From Escherichia coli (lineage in GTDB: Bacteria; Pseudomonadota; Gammaproteobacteria; Enterobacterales; Enterobacteriaceae): a stretch of DNA of 62,123 nucleotides. Position 1 is the stretch's first letter. Each line of letters begins with the position of its first letter. Positions 23,560 to 34,547 of the stretch are shown piece after piece. A model generated the notes under the pieces. It saw only the letters and a program-made list of their open reading frames with translations, searched no databases and was not told where the DNA came from. The translations under genes and the position numbers were made by a program. Location of the stretch: assembly GCF_003334815.1 (NCBI RefSeq), contig NZ_QOWO01000026.1, one strand, 5' to 3'.

Positions 23560-25077
23560 ATGTCTGAACAACACGCACAGGGCGCTGACGCGGTAGTCGA
23601 TCTTAACAATGAACTGAAAACGCGTCGTGAGAAGCTGGCGAACCTGCGCGAGCAGGGGATTGCCTTCCCGAACGATTTCCGTCGCGATCATACCTCTGAC
23701 CAATTGCACGCAGAATTCGACGGCAAAGAGAACGAAGAACTGGAAGCGCTGAACATCGAAGTCGCCGTTGCTGGCCGCATGATGACCCGTCGTATTATGG
23801 GTAAAGCGTCTTTCGTTACCCTGCAGGACGTTGGCGGTCGCATTCAGCTGTACGTTGCCCGTGACGATCTCCCGGAAGGCGTTTATAACGAGCAGTTCAA
23901 AAAATGGGACCTCGGCGACATCCTCGGCGCGAAAGGTAAGCTGTTCAAAACCAAAACCGGCGAACTGTCTATCCACTGCACCGAGTTGCGTCTGCTGACC
24001 AAAGCACTGCGTCCGCTGCCGGATAAATTCCACGGCTTGCAGGATCAGGAAGCGCGCTATCGTCAGCGTTATCTCGATCTCATCTCCAACGATGAATCCC
24101 GCAACACCTTTAAAGTGCGCTCGCAGATCCTCTCTGGTATTCGCCAGTTCATGGTGAACCGCGGCTTTATGGAAGTTGAAACGCCGATGATGCAGGTGAT
24201 CCCTGGCGGTGCCGCTGCGCGTCCGTTTATCACCCACCATAACGCGCTGGATCTCGACATGTACCTGCGTATCGCGCCGGAACTGTACCTCAAGCGTCTG
24301 GTGGTTGGTGGCTTCGAGCGTGTATTCGAAATCAACCGTAACTTCCGTAACGAAGGTATTTCCGTACGTCATAACCCAGAGTTCACCATGATGGAACTCT
24401 ACATGGCTTACGCAGATTACAAAGATCTGATCGAGCTGACCGAATCGCTGTTCCGTACTCTGGCACAGGATATTCTCGGTAAGACGGAAGTGACCTACGG
24501 CGACGTGACGCTGGACTTCGGTAAACCGTTCGAAAAACTGACCATGCGTGAAGCGATCAAGAAATATCGCCCGGAAACCGACATGGCGGATCTGGACAAC
24601 TTCGACTCTGCGAAAGCAATTGCTGAATCTATCGGCATCCACGTTGAGAAGAGCTGGGGTCTGGGCCGTATCGTTACCGAGATCTTCGAAGAAGTGGCAG
24701 AAGCACATCTGATTCAGCCGACCTTCATTACTGAATATCCGGCAGAAGTTTCTCCGCTGGCGCGTCGTAACGACGTTAACCCGGAAATCACAGACCGCTT
24801 TGAGTTCTTCATTGGTGGTCGTGAAATCGGTAACGGCTTTAGCGAGCTGAATGACGCGGAAGATCAGGCGCAACGCTTCCTGGATCAGGTTGCCGCGAAA
24901 GACGCAGGTGACGACGAAGCGATGTTCTACGATGAAGATTACGTCACCGCACTGGAACATGGCTTACCGCCGACAGCAGGTCTGGGAATTGGTATCGACC
25001 GTATGGTAATGCTGTTCACCAACAGCCATACCATCCGCGACGTTATTCTGTTCCCGGCGATGCGTCCGGTAAAATAA
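23560..25077 (+). CDS. lysS: Lysyl-tRNA synthetase (constitutive)
   Basis: 505-aa [29 protein letters not shown]...; class II aaRS motifs; 9 nt after prfB. Confidence 0.97.
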
Positions 25078-25096
25078 GCATTACGTTATGCTCACA

Positions 25097-25123
25097 ACCC
25101 CGGCAAATGTCGGGGTTTTTTTA
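25097..25123 (+). terminator. Rho-independent terminator after lysS
   Basis: ccccggcaaatgtcgggg hairpin followed by 7 T. Confidence 0.7.
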
Positions 25124-25669
25124 TTTAAGCTGGGTAAATGCAGATAATCGTTTTCTGGCTTCGCGATTTGTCGCCTGCATCACCATCCACGGACTGAACG
25201 CCCACGGCGTGGCATCAATACCGTGTAATACATCTGCTAAATCACACCATTGATAATCCATCACTTCATCATCATTGATCTGTAACGCACTAGTGGTGCG
25301 TGCGGCAAATACCGGACACACTTCATTTTCCACAATGCCACTCGGATCGGTGGCGCGGTAGCGAAAGTCAGGATAGATAGATTCAGGAGGCGTAATTTCC
25401 ACGCCAAGCTCATAACGGCAACGGCGGATCACTGCGTCTTCGTTGCTTTCTCCCAGTTGTGGGTGCCCACAAACCGAGTTAGTCCACACGCCAGGCCATG
25501 CTTTTTTGCTCAGTGCGCGGCGGGTAACTAATAATTGTCCTTTGGCATTAAACAGCCAACTGGAGAACGCGAGATGTAAGCGGGTGTCTGCCGTGTGTGC
25601 GGCATACTTTTCCAGCGTACCCGTGGGAACTCCCTGTGCATTCAATAAAATGACGTGTTCCGTTTGCAT
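25121..25669 (-). CDS. idi: Isopentenyl-diphosphate delta-isomerase (type 1, Nudix)
   Basis: 182-aa [44 protein letters not shown]... Confidence 0.93.
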   Translation of the reverse strand: MQTEHVILLNAQGVPTGTLEKYAAHTADTRLHLAFSSWLFNAKGQLLVTRRALSKKAWPGVWTNSVCGHPQLGESNEDAVIRRCRYELGVEITPPESIYPDFRYRATDPSGIVENEVCPVFAARTTSALQINDDEVMDYQWCDLADVLHGIDATPWAFSPWMVMQATNREARKRLSAFTQLK

Positions 25670-25918
25670 AATTTCTCACATGTAATTCTGATCACTCATC
25701 ATTATAGATAATTGAAGAGTGAAATGATTAACCAAGTGAGCGTTTATCGACAACCGCCCGTTTTGAGCGGATGCCGACAGGTAAAAACCATTTAAAAAAG
25801 TAGCATCATATATTTGAAGCGACTTTCAATGGCCATTGCAACACAGTCAGAAATGACAGGAATAGAGAGAGTAAAAAGCAACAACAGACTGAATATAGCG
25901 CGCATTAAAAAATTCATA

Positions 25919-27367
25919 TTATTCTCCATGCTCATTTTTCTTCAGCTTGCGCATCAGAAGCCACATACGTACTGTCCTGACTTTTAAATCTTTATCAGAG
26001 ACGGATTCCTTCACCAGGTCAGCATGATGCTGATAGCCATTAAAGAAGACGTTCAGCACAACGGCGCTAAGGGTTGCGAGCATAATGCCGCTATGTAGCA
26101 GCGGTTGCAGTACGGCCGGTAACTTAGAAAAGAAATCGTGAGAGAGCGTCGGAGTCATGCCAACGCCGAGACTGATCGCCACAATATAGAGGTTGTAACG
26201 GTTGGTGGTGTAGTTACAGCGCGACAGAATTCGAATCCCTGTCGCCAGTACCATGCCGAACATCACTAGACCAGCGCCGCCCAGCACAAATTGCGGAATG
26301 GAGGCTACCAGCACCGCCATTTTTGGCACCATGCCAAACAGGATTAATATAATTCCCGAAGAAATACACACCCAGCGGCTATGAACGCGCGTCACGCTAA
26401 CCAGGCCAACGTTTTGAGAAAATGACGTGTGGGGGAAGCTGTTAAACGTGCCGCCTATCATTGTCCCTACGCCATCGACACGCAGCCCGCGAATAATATC
26501 GTGCGAAGAGAGTTTACGACCGACTATTTCACCCAGTGCCAGGAACATCCCCATCGACTCGATAAACACGATGATTAACACGGCAGTCATGGTCAGAATG
26601 GAAACGGGATCGAAAATCGGCATACCAAACGACATCGGCGTAACAATCGCAAACCATGAAGCATCATGTAGCCCGGATAAATTGACTTCATTCATCATCC
26701 ACGAAAGTAAAAAGCCAAATACAATCCCCAGTAATACGGCGACGTTGGACATAAATCCTTTCGCATAGCGAGTAATGAGCAAGATAAAAATTAAGACGGC
26801 AAAGGAGATACCTAAATAAACGGGATTACCATATTGCGGATTCCCTTTACCTCCGGCGGCCCAGTCAATACCCACCTGAATGATGCTAAGCCCGATAGAA
26901 GTAATAACCACACCGGTAACCAGTGGCGGGAATAAAGGCATCAAGCGACCGATAAGTGGCGCTAATAATGTGGTGATAAAACCCGCGGCGATAGTGGCAC
27001 CAAATATCCCCAGCAGGCCGATATCCGGGTTCATCCCAATGGCTATCATTGGTGTTACAGCAGCAAAGGTCACCGACATAATCACCGGCAGGCGGATCCC
27101 CATAAAGCGGCCGATACCGATACATTGCAATAATGTGACGATCCCGCAGCAAAAGAGATCCGAGCTAATGAGCATCGCAATAGCTTCTTTTGAGAGGCCC
27201 AGTCGGTCACCAATCATAAGAGGAACAGCGACTGCACCTGCGTACATGACAAGGACGTGTTGCAGACCGAGTATGATCAGCTTTCCTGGTGATAATATGC
27301 GGTCAACCTCATCAGTTGGGCGGTCTTGCCCAGAAGATGAGGGAAGTTGGGAATCTATGGCGCTCAT
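25919..27367 (-). CDS. uacT: Uric acid transporter (NCS2/NAT family)
   Basis: ORF track 525 aa; the start I recall is MSAIDSQLPSSSGQ at 27367, preceded by GGAG, giving 482 aa; polytopic membrane protein. Confidence 0.9.
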   Translation of the reverse strand: MSAIDSQLPSSSGQDRPTDEVDRILSPGKLIILGLQHVLVMYAGAVAVPLMIGDRLGLSKEAIAMLISSDLFCCGIVTLLQCIGIGRFMGIRLPVIMSVTFAAVTPMIAIGMNPDIGLLGIFGATIAAGFITTLLAPLIGRLMPLFPPLVTGVVITSIGLSIIQVGIDWAAGGKGNPQYGNPVYLGISFAVLIFILLITRYAKGFMSNVAVLLGIVFGFLLSWMMNEVNLSGLHDASWFAIVTPMSFGMPIFDPVSILTMTAVLIIVFIESMGMFLALGEIVGRKLSSHDIIRGLRVDGVGTMIGGTFNSFPHTSFSQNVGLVSVTRVHSRWVCISSGIILILFGMVPKMAVLVASIPQFVLGGAGLVMFGMVLATGIRILSRCNYTTNRYNLYIVAISLGVGMTPTLSHDFFSKLPAVLQPLLHSGIMLATLSAVVLNVFFNGYQHHADLVKESVSDKDLKVRTVRMWLLMRKLKKNEHGE

Positions 27368-27802
27368 CAGTGTTTCTCCTTTCGCCCGCCAGAGTAAAAA
27401 GCAACCGTTTACGTTAATGAAACTGTCTAAACACATGCTCGTGGAGTGCCAGTTTTTGCGAGGAAGGGGAGTTAGAGACAGGAATTGCGGAGGCAATCAC
27501 ATAATCGTGGTTAAACCACGAAAATGAGAATAGAACCTGACAATGGAATTATCTGTAATTTTCTCATATTGATATTTCATTAATCATTCTGGCATGTCGC
27601 ACTCTCGCATTTAATCGTTTTTATCTGGATAGCGCTCTTTTGATCGGCAATGTTGAAATAATGAAAGCGGCATAGATTGAGGGGCAATAATTTGAACTCA
27701 GTCGCAAAATTATAATTAAAACGGTCATGCTACCTAATATATGCCCGTTTATTGCATCGCGAAATTTGAGAAGACATAACTCATTAAATGAAAGGGATGC
27801 AA

Positions 27803-29722
27803 ATGAATAAGTTTATTGCTGCTGAAGCTGCGGAATGTATAGGCTGTCATGCTTGTGAAATTGCCTGTGCGGTGGCACACAATCAAGAAAACTGGCCGCT
27901 GAGTCACAGTGACTTTCGACCGCGTATCCACGTTGTAGGGAAAGGCCAGGCTGCGAATCCGGTGGCCTGCCATCACTGCAACAATGCCCCTTGCGTTACG
28001 GCTTGTCCGGTTAATGCTCTGACTTTCCAGTCCGATAGCGTACAACTGGACGAGCAAAAATGTATTGGTTGTAAAAGATGCGCAATCGCTTGCCCCTTTG
28101 GCGTCGTTGAGATGGTCGATACGATTGCGCAGAAATGCGACCTTTGTAACCAGCGCAGTTCCGGCACGCAAGCCTGTATTGAAGTTTGCCCAACACAGGC
28201 GTTACGACTGATGGACGATAAAGGGTTGCAGCAGATAAAGGTGGCCCGCCAGCGCAAAACGGCAGCAGGAAAAGCGTCATCAGACGCTCAGCCATCTCGC
28301 AGTGCAGCGTTGCTCCCCGTTAACTCGCGTAAAGGCGCAGATAAAATTTCAGCGAGTGAACGGAAAACCCACTTTGGCGAAATATATTGCGGGCTGGATC
28401 CACAACAAGCGACTTATGAGAGTGACCGCTGTGTTTATTGTGCCGAAAAAGCTAACTGCAACTGGCATTGCCCGCTGCATAACGCTATTCCGGATTACAT
28501 CCGTCTGGTACAGGAAGGAAAGATTATTGAAGCGGCAGAACTTTGCCACCAGACCAGTTCCTTACCAGAAATTTGCGGCAGGGTATGTCCACAGGACCGT
28601 CTTTGTGAAGGCGCATGTACTTTGAAAGATCACTCGGGCGCAGTCTCTATCGGTAATCTGGAACGCTACATCACCGATACCGCGCTGGCGATGGGCTGGC
28701 GTCCCGATGTCAGCAAAGTTGTTCCCCGTAGCGAAAAAGTGGCGGTGATTGGCGCTGGGCCTGCAGGGTTAGGGTGTGCTGATATTCTGGCGCGCGCAGG
28801 AGTTCAGGTCGATGTCTTTGATCGCCATCCAGAAATTGGCGGTATGCTGACTTTTGGCATTCCTCCTTTCAAACTCGATAAAACGGTATTAAGCCAGCGG
28901 CGAGAGATATTCACCGCAATGGGAATCGACTTTCATCTTAACTGTGAAATTGGCCGCGATATTACCTTTAGCGATTTAACTTCTGAATATGATGCAGTTT
29001 TCATCGGCGTGGGGACTTACGGGATGATGCGAGCAGATCTGCCGCATGAAGATGCGCCCGGTGTCATTCAGGCTCTACCGTTCCTGACTGCCCATACCCG
29101 CCAGCTCATGGGATTGCCGGAGTCTGAAGAGTATCCGCTGACGGACGTGGAAGGTAAGCGAGTCGTGGTATTGGGCGGTGGCGATACGACAATGGATTGT
29201 TTGCGGACTTCCATCCGCCTCAATGCCGCCAGCGTGACCTGCGCGTATCGTCGTGATGAAGTCAGTATGCCGGGCTCGCGCAAAGAGGTGGTTAATGCGC
29301 GCGAGGAAGGTGTCGAGTTTCAGTTCAATGTTCAACCGCAATATATCGCTTGTGACGAAGATGGGCGTTTAACTGCGGTGGGCCTGATTCGTACCGCCAT
29401 GGGTGAGCCGGGGCCGGATGGTCGCCGTCGTCCTCGTCCGGTAGCGGGTTCAGAGTTTGAATTGCCCGCCGATGTTCTGATTATGGCCTTTGGTTTCCAG
29501 GCGCATGCCATGCCGTGGTTGCAGGGCAGCGGAATTAAACTCGATAAATGGGGCCTGATTCAAACCGGTGACGTCGGGTATTTACCTACCCAGACGCATC
29601 TGAAAAAAGTCTTTGCTGGTGGTGATGCAGTTCATGGCGCGGATCTGGTTGTCACTGCAATGGCCGCAGGAAGGCAGGCGGCGCGCGATATGTTAACTCT
29701 GTTTGATACGAAGGCATCGTGA
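27803..29722 (+). CDS. ygfT: Fused 4Fe-4S ferredoxin / FAD-NAD(P)-binding oxidoreductase (GltD-like)
   Basis: Start at [22 protein letters not shown] gives 639 aa; multiple CxxCxxCxxxCP clusters then Rossmann motif [11 protein letters not shown]. Confidence 0.9.
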
Positions 29723-30210
29723 TGAAATCGTTAATTATCGTTAATCCGGCTGACTGTATTGGCTGCCGTACTTGTGAAGTAGCCTGTGTGGTCGCTCACC
29801 CTTCAGAACAGGAGTTGAATGCCGATGTCTTTTTACCCCGGCTGAAGGTACAGCGACTGGACAGCATCAGTGCGCCGGTGATGTGCCATCAGTGTGAAAA
29901 CGCCCCTTGTGTTGGCGCTTGCCCCGTGGGGGCGCTGACGATGGGCGAGCAGGTGGTGCAGACCAATTCTGCCCGTTGTATTGGCTGTCAGAGTTGCGTC
30001 AGTGCGTGCCCGTTTGGAATGATCACCATTCAGTCGTTGCCGGGGGATACCCGACAACAAATTGTGAAATGCGATCTCTGTGAACAGCGGGAAGAGGGGC
30101 CAGCCTGCGTTGAATCTTGCCCAACACAGGCGCTGCAGTTGCTTACTGAAAGAGAACTCAGGCGAGTCCGCCAGCAGCGTATTGTTGCCAGCGGTGAGAA
30201 TCCTCTCTGA
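29722..30210 (+). CDS. ygfS: 4Fe-4S ferredoxin-type protein
   Basis: 162 aa from ATG at 29722 (TGATG overlap with ygfT stop); four Cys clusters. Confidence 0.88.
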
Positions 30211-30245
30211 AAGAAATCTCCGCGCTGAAAGGCGCGGAGAATCTA

Positions 30246-31613
30246 TTAGATTGCCCAACCACCCGCGTAAAATGCGACCAGTGCGGCAGTAATGATCACC
30301 GTACCAATATTCAGCTTTTGCCATTCGCGTGCAAAGACGCGGCCTACGACCAGTGTCACAAAGCCCAGCATAATACCGGTAACGATATTACAAGTCAGAA
30401 CGATGAACACGGCACACACCAGGCCAGCCATAGCGTCAATAAAATCATTGAAATCCAGCTTCGAGACGTTACTTAACATCAGCAAACCTACGTACATCAG
30501 AGCGGGTGCAGTGGCGTAACCAGGGATCAAAAATGACAGCGGTGATAAAAACAGAATTAACAGGAATAACGCCCCCACTACGGTTGCGGTTAAACCTGTT
30601 TTACCCCCGGCGGCGGTTCCTGCCGCTGATTCGATATAAACCGCTGCGGGCGCTGCGCCCACCAGGCCGGAGAATATTGAACTTACTGAGTCACTGGTCA
30701 GGGCTTTGCCGCCGTTGATGATCTGGTTGTCTTTATCCAACAAATTCGCCTGACCGGCGACGGCACGGATGGTGCCAGTAGCGTCGAACACTGCGGTCAT
30801 CACCAATGCCAGTACACTCGGAAGTACAGTTGGCTGGAGTGCACCCATAATATCGAGGCTGAAAATCAGAGACTTACCATCTTCGCCAGTCAGGCTTGGC
30901 ATCGCCACCAGACCGTGGTATTTCACCGCTGGGTCAAAGATTAAGCCGATGATCGAAATTGCAATAATCACCAACAAGATCCCGCCGGGTACGCGACACT
31001 TCTCCAGGCCGAAGATGACCGCCAGCCCCAGCAAGCTCATCATCACCGGGAAGGAGGTAAACGCACCGAGCGCCACTGGCAAGCCTTCAATCGGGTTTTT
31101 GATAACCATACCCACACCGTTAGCAGCAATCAGCAGCAGAAACAGCCCGATACCGATACCTGTACCGTGAGCGATACCCATCGGCAAATTACGTAAGATC
31201 CAGGTACGCACACCGGTTACGGAAATGGCGGTGAAGATGACGCCCATCAGAAATACCGCGCCCAGTGCGACAGGAACGCTAATTTGTTGCCCGAGTACCA
31301 GACTGAATGCGGTAAACGCCGTCAAGGAAATCGCGCAACCAATCGCCATTGGCAAATTAGCCCATAATCCCATCAGCAACGAGCCGAAGCCCGCGACCAG
31401 ACAGGTGGCAACAAACACAGCTGCGGGAGGAAAACCTGCTTTGCCCAGCATTCCCGGAACGACGATAACGGAATAAACCATGGCCAGAAAGGTCGTTAAG
31501 CCAGCCAGTACTTCCTGACGAACGGTACTGCCACGAGCGGTAATTTTAAAATAATTATCCAGCGCGCCCTGTGGCTTTGGTGCGTCCGGTGTTTGTAGGA
31601 TGTCTCCAGACAT
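30246..31613 (-). CDS. ghxQ: Guanine/hypoxanthine permease (NCS2 AzgA-like)
   Basis: 455-aa polytopic membrane [48 protein letters not shown]... Confidence 0.93.
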   Translation of the reverse strand: MSGDILQTPDAPKPQGALDNYFKITARGSTVRQEVLAGLTTFLAMVYSVIVVPGMLGKAGFPPAAVFVATCLVAGFGSLLMGLWANLPMAIGCAISLTAFTAFSLVLGQQISVPVALGAVFLMGVIFTAISVTGVRTWILRNLPMGIAHGTGIGIGLFLLLIAANGVGMVIKNPIEGLPVALGAFTSFPVMMSLLGLAVIFGLEKCRVPGGILLVIIAISIIGLIFDPAVKYHGLVAMPSLTGEDGKSLIFSLDIMGALQPTVLPSVLALVMTAVFDATGTIRAVAGQANLLDKDNQIINGGKALTSDSVSSIFSGLVGAAPAAVYIESAAGTAAGGKTGLTATVVGALFLLILFLSPLSFLIPGYATAPALMYVGLLMLSNVSKLDFNDFIDAMAGLVCAVFIVLTCNIVTGIMLGFVTLVVGRVFAREWQKLNIGTVIITAALVAFYAGGWAI

Positions 31614-31648
31614 AATGATGTCCTCACGAGGATGTTAAAGTTTTATTA

Positions 31649-32968
31649 TTAGTTGCGTTCGTACACCAGACGACCATCAACGTAGGTGCGGTAGATCGAA
31701 CGGTCATCGCCCAACGTCATCATCACGAACAATTTGTCGACTAAAGAAACAGAGTTGTCATAGCGCAGCTGCTGTAGCGGAGTGGCGGTGGGTTCCATCA
31801 CCACGAAATCAGCCTCTTTGCCAGGTAAAAAGTTGCCAATCAAATCGTCAAGGCCCAGAGATTTCGCTCCGCCGAGCGTGGCCAGGTAAAACGCTTCATA
31901 TGCCGAGAGGCGATAGCCTTGTAATTGCAATACTTTGTAGGCTTCGTTCAGCGTTTGCAGCATGTTGAAAGTGGTTCCGGCACCGATATCCGTTCCCATG
32001 CCCACTTTAACTTTCTTCTGCCATGCTTTTTTCAAGTTGAATAAGCCGCTGCCGAGGTAAAGGTTGGAGGTCGGACAGAAAGCAATGCTGGATTTGGTTT
32101 CGCTGAGACGATCCCACTCTTTTTCTTCGAGATGGACGCAGTGAGCAAAGACACAGTTTTTACCGGTCAGGCCGTACTGATGGTAAACATCCAGATAACC
32201 ATCATGGTCAGGATAAAGCGATTTCACCCAGGCAATTTCATCTTTGTTTTCACAGAGATGGGTATGTACCCACGTATCCGGATATTCTTCTTTCAGGCGT
32301 TGCGCCATCGCCATCTGTTCAGGAGATGAGGTCGGGGCGAAGCGTGGCGTAATCGCATATAGCAGACGACCATTTTTGTGCCAGCGTTCGATCAGTTCTT
32401 TGCTTTGGTGATAGCTGCTTTCGGCAGTGTCGAGCAGATAATCCGGTGCGTTGCGGTCCATCATCACCTTACCGGCAATCATACGCATATTGATATGACT
32501 GGCGGCTTCAAACAGCGCATCAACAGATTGCGGATGAACAGTGCCAAACACCAGCGCCGTGGTGGTTCCGTTACGTAAAAGCTGCTTGATGAAGAACGCC
32601 GACATTTCGCGGGCGTACTCTAAATCCTCATAACGACGTTCAGTAGGGAAGGTGTGTTTATTCAACCACTCCAGCAATTGCTCACCATAGGCCCCCACCA
32701 TTTCACTTTGCGGATAATGGATATGTGTATCGACAAAGCCCGGTACTATCAGTTTGCCGCGATAGTCGCGCACGCGAATGGTGTCAGGAATTTGATGCTT
32801 TCCGTTTTCCCATTCGCCAAACCATTCCACTTTTCCCTGTTTAATGAGTAATAAACCATCCTCAATAAACCGCAGCGCAGAGGCAATCTCTTCCGGGTTA
32901 TCGATCGTACGGGTGACATCAATAAAACTGCCTCGTACCGCTTTTAACGTGTGTTCTCCTGACATCAT
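31649..32968 (-). CDS. guaD: Guanine deaminase
   Basis: ORF track 479 aa; the start I recall is MMSGEHTLKAVRGSF giving 439 aa; amidohydrolase metal-binding HxH (DTHIHYPQ). Confidence 0.93.
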   Translation of the reverse strand: MMSGEHTLKAVRGSFIDVTRTIDNPEEIASALRFIEDGLLLIKQGKVEWFGEWENGKHQIPDTIRVRDYRGKLIVPGFVDTHIHYPQSEMVGAYGEQLLEWLNKHTFPTERRYEDLEYAREMSAFFIKQLLRNGTTTALVFGTVHPQSVDALFEAASHINMRMIAGKVMMDRNAPDYLLDTAESSYHQSKELIERWHKNGRLLYAITPRFAPTSSPEQMAMAQRLKEEYPDTWVHTHLCENKDEIAWVKSLYPDHDGYLDVYHQYGLTGKNCVFAHCVHLEEKEWDRLSETKSSIAFCPTSNLYLGSGLFNLKKAWQKKVKVGMGTDIGAGTTFNMLQTLNEAYKVLQLQGYRLSAYEAFYLATLGGAKSLGLDDLIGNFLPGKEADFVVMEPTATPLQQLRYDNSVSLVDKLFVMMTLGDDRSIYRTYVDGRLVYERN

Positions 32969-32982
32969 TGACTCCTTTACTG

Positions 32983-34383
32983 TTAATCCATCTCTTCCGC
33001 TGAGGTAATACCAGGCAGAACGTTTTCCTGTCGGTAGCCACCAGGGAGGATAATATTTAATAAAATCGCAGTTAACCCGCCAGCACAAATAGGGTTTTCA
33101 ACTAATACATAAATAGAGGCTGGCAATATTTTAAAAATTTCGGGATCGTAGGAGACGCCAAGCCCTAAACCTAAAGAAGTGGCGACAATAAGTGTTTCAC
33201 GGCGCTTTAAACCGTTGGTGATGATGATGCGAATCCCTGCGATGGCAATCATGGAAAACATCAACGTCATTGCGCCTCCCAGAACTGCCGAGGGAATGGT
33301 CGTGAAGAAGCCGCCAATCATCGGAAATAAGCCGAGGATAACCAGCATTACCGCGATGGTTCGCCCGACATAACGTGAAGCGACGCCAGTCATCTGAATA
33401 ACCCCATTATTTTGCGCAAACGTGGTTAATGGTAATGAACCGACAGCGGAGGCGATAACAGAAACCAGACCATCTGCCAGCACGCCGCCTTTCAGCCGGG
33501 ACTGATACTCTTCCCCCTGAATGGGGCGGCGGGAAACCATTGCCGTGGCGGTGATATCGCCGACTGCTTCCAGCACGCTAAGCAGATAAATCGTGCCAAC
33601 CACCAGGAACTGATGGAAGCTAAAACTAAAGCCGTATTTGAACGGATGCGGGATGGTGATTAACGGCAAATTGCGCATACTGCTGAAATCCACCATGCCC
33701 AGGCATAACGATGCGATATAGCCGACACATAGCCCAATGGCGATCCCTCCCATGCGTAGCAACGGACTGCGACAGCAGTTAAAGCCGATCACCACAATTA
33801 AAACCAATAAACCAACGCCGAGATGTTCGTAATTGCCGAACGTACCGCTGCTTTTGGCTGCAAATCCTCCACCAAAATCGATAATGCCGACTTTAATCAG
33901 GCTTAAGCCGATCATCAGTACCACAATACCGCTGACGGTAGGCGTAATAACCCGACGTAAATAGGGCAAGATAAATGAAGATCCGACAACCAGAAATGCG
34001 CCAACGAAGGAGACGCCGAGAAGCGACGACATGATTAACTCTTCGTGAAAACCGTCGCTTTTCATGCTGCTGCCCAGCGCAATCATGACCGTAACAAATG
34101 AAAAATTGACTGACTGAATTGAGAGTAGGCCAGAACCGACGATGCCGTAGCGGTTTACTTGTAACCAGGTACCAATACCAGAGGCGATCATCGCCATAGA
34201 AACAAGATAGGCAGTTGTTTCAGCGGAAAGCTGTAAGGCCGCACCCACGATTAACGCGGGGGTTACCATCGGAACGAAAATTGCCAACAGATGGGTAATG
34301 GCACCAACGAGAGCCTGATGAAAGGGAGGGCGATCCTCCAGTTCAAATATAAGGTCAGAACCTGCATGGTTTATATCAGACAT
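32983..34383 (-). CDS. xanQ: Xanthine permease (NCS2/NAT family)
   Basis: ORF track 485 aa; the start I recall is MSDINHAGSDLIFELEDRPP giving 466 aa; preceded by AAGGAG. Confidence 0.93.
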   Translation of the reverse strand: MSDINHAGSDLIFELEDRPPFHQALVGAITHLLAIFVPMVTPALIVGAALQLSAETTAYLVSMAMIASGIGTWLQVNRYGIVGSGLLSIQSVNFSFVTVMIALGSSMKSDGFHEELIMSSLLGVSFVGAFLVVGSSFILPYLRRVITPTVSGIVVLMIGLSLIKVGIIDFGGGFAAKSSGTFGNYEHLGVGLLVLIVVIGFNCCRSPLLRMGGIAIGLCVGYIASLCLGMVDFSSMRNLPLITIPHPFKYGFSFSFHQFLVVGTIYLLSVLEAVGDITATAMVSRRPIQGEEYQSRLKGGVLADGLVSVIASAVGSLPLTTFAQNNGVIQMTGVASRYVGRTIAVMLVILGLFPMIGGFFTTIPSAVLGGAMTLMFSMIAIAGIRIIITNGLKRRETLIVATSLGLGLGVSYDPEIFKILPASIYVLVENPICAGGLTAILLNIILPGGYRQENVLPGITSAEEMD

Positions 34384-34547
34384 CCCTTCACTCCTTTTAA
34401 AGTAAATTTGATCATCTGAATTAGTAAAATAAATTCCCACGAATTTGGGGCGCAGGACGCCTTGAGAACGGCTTATCTCATTTTCGCAGTCACTATTTAG
34501 TCATCGTTCAAACAGAGAAACAGGCCGCCGAAGCGGCCATTTATTAT

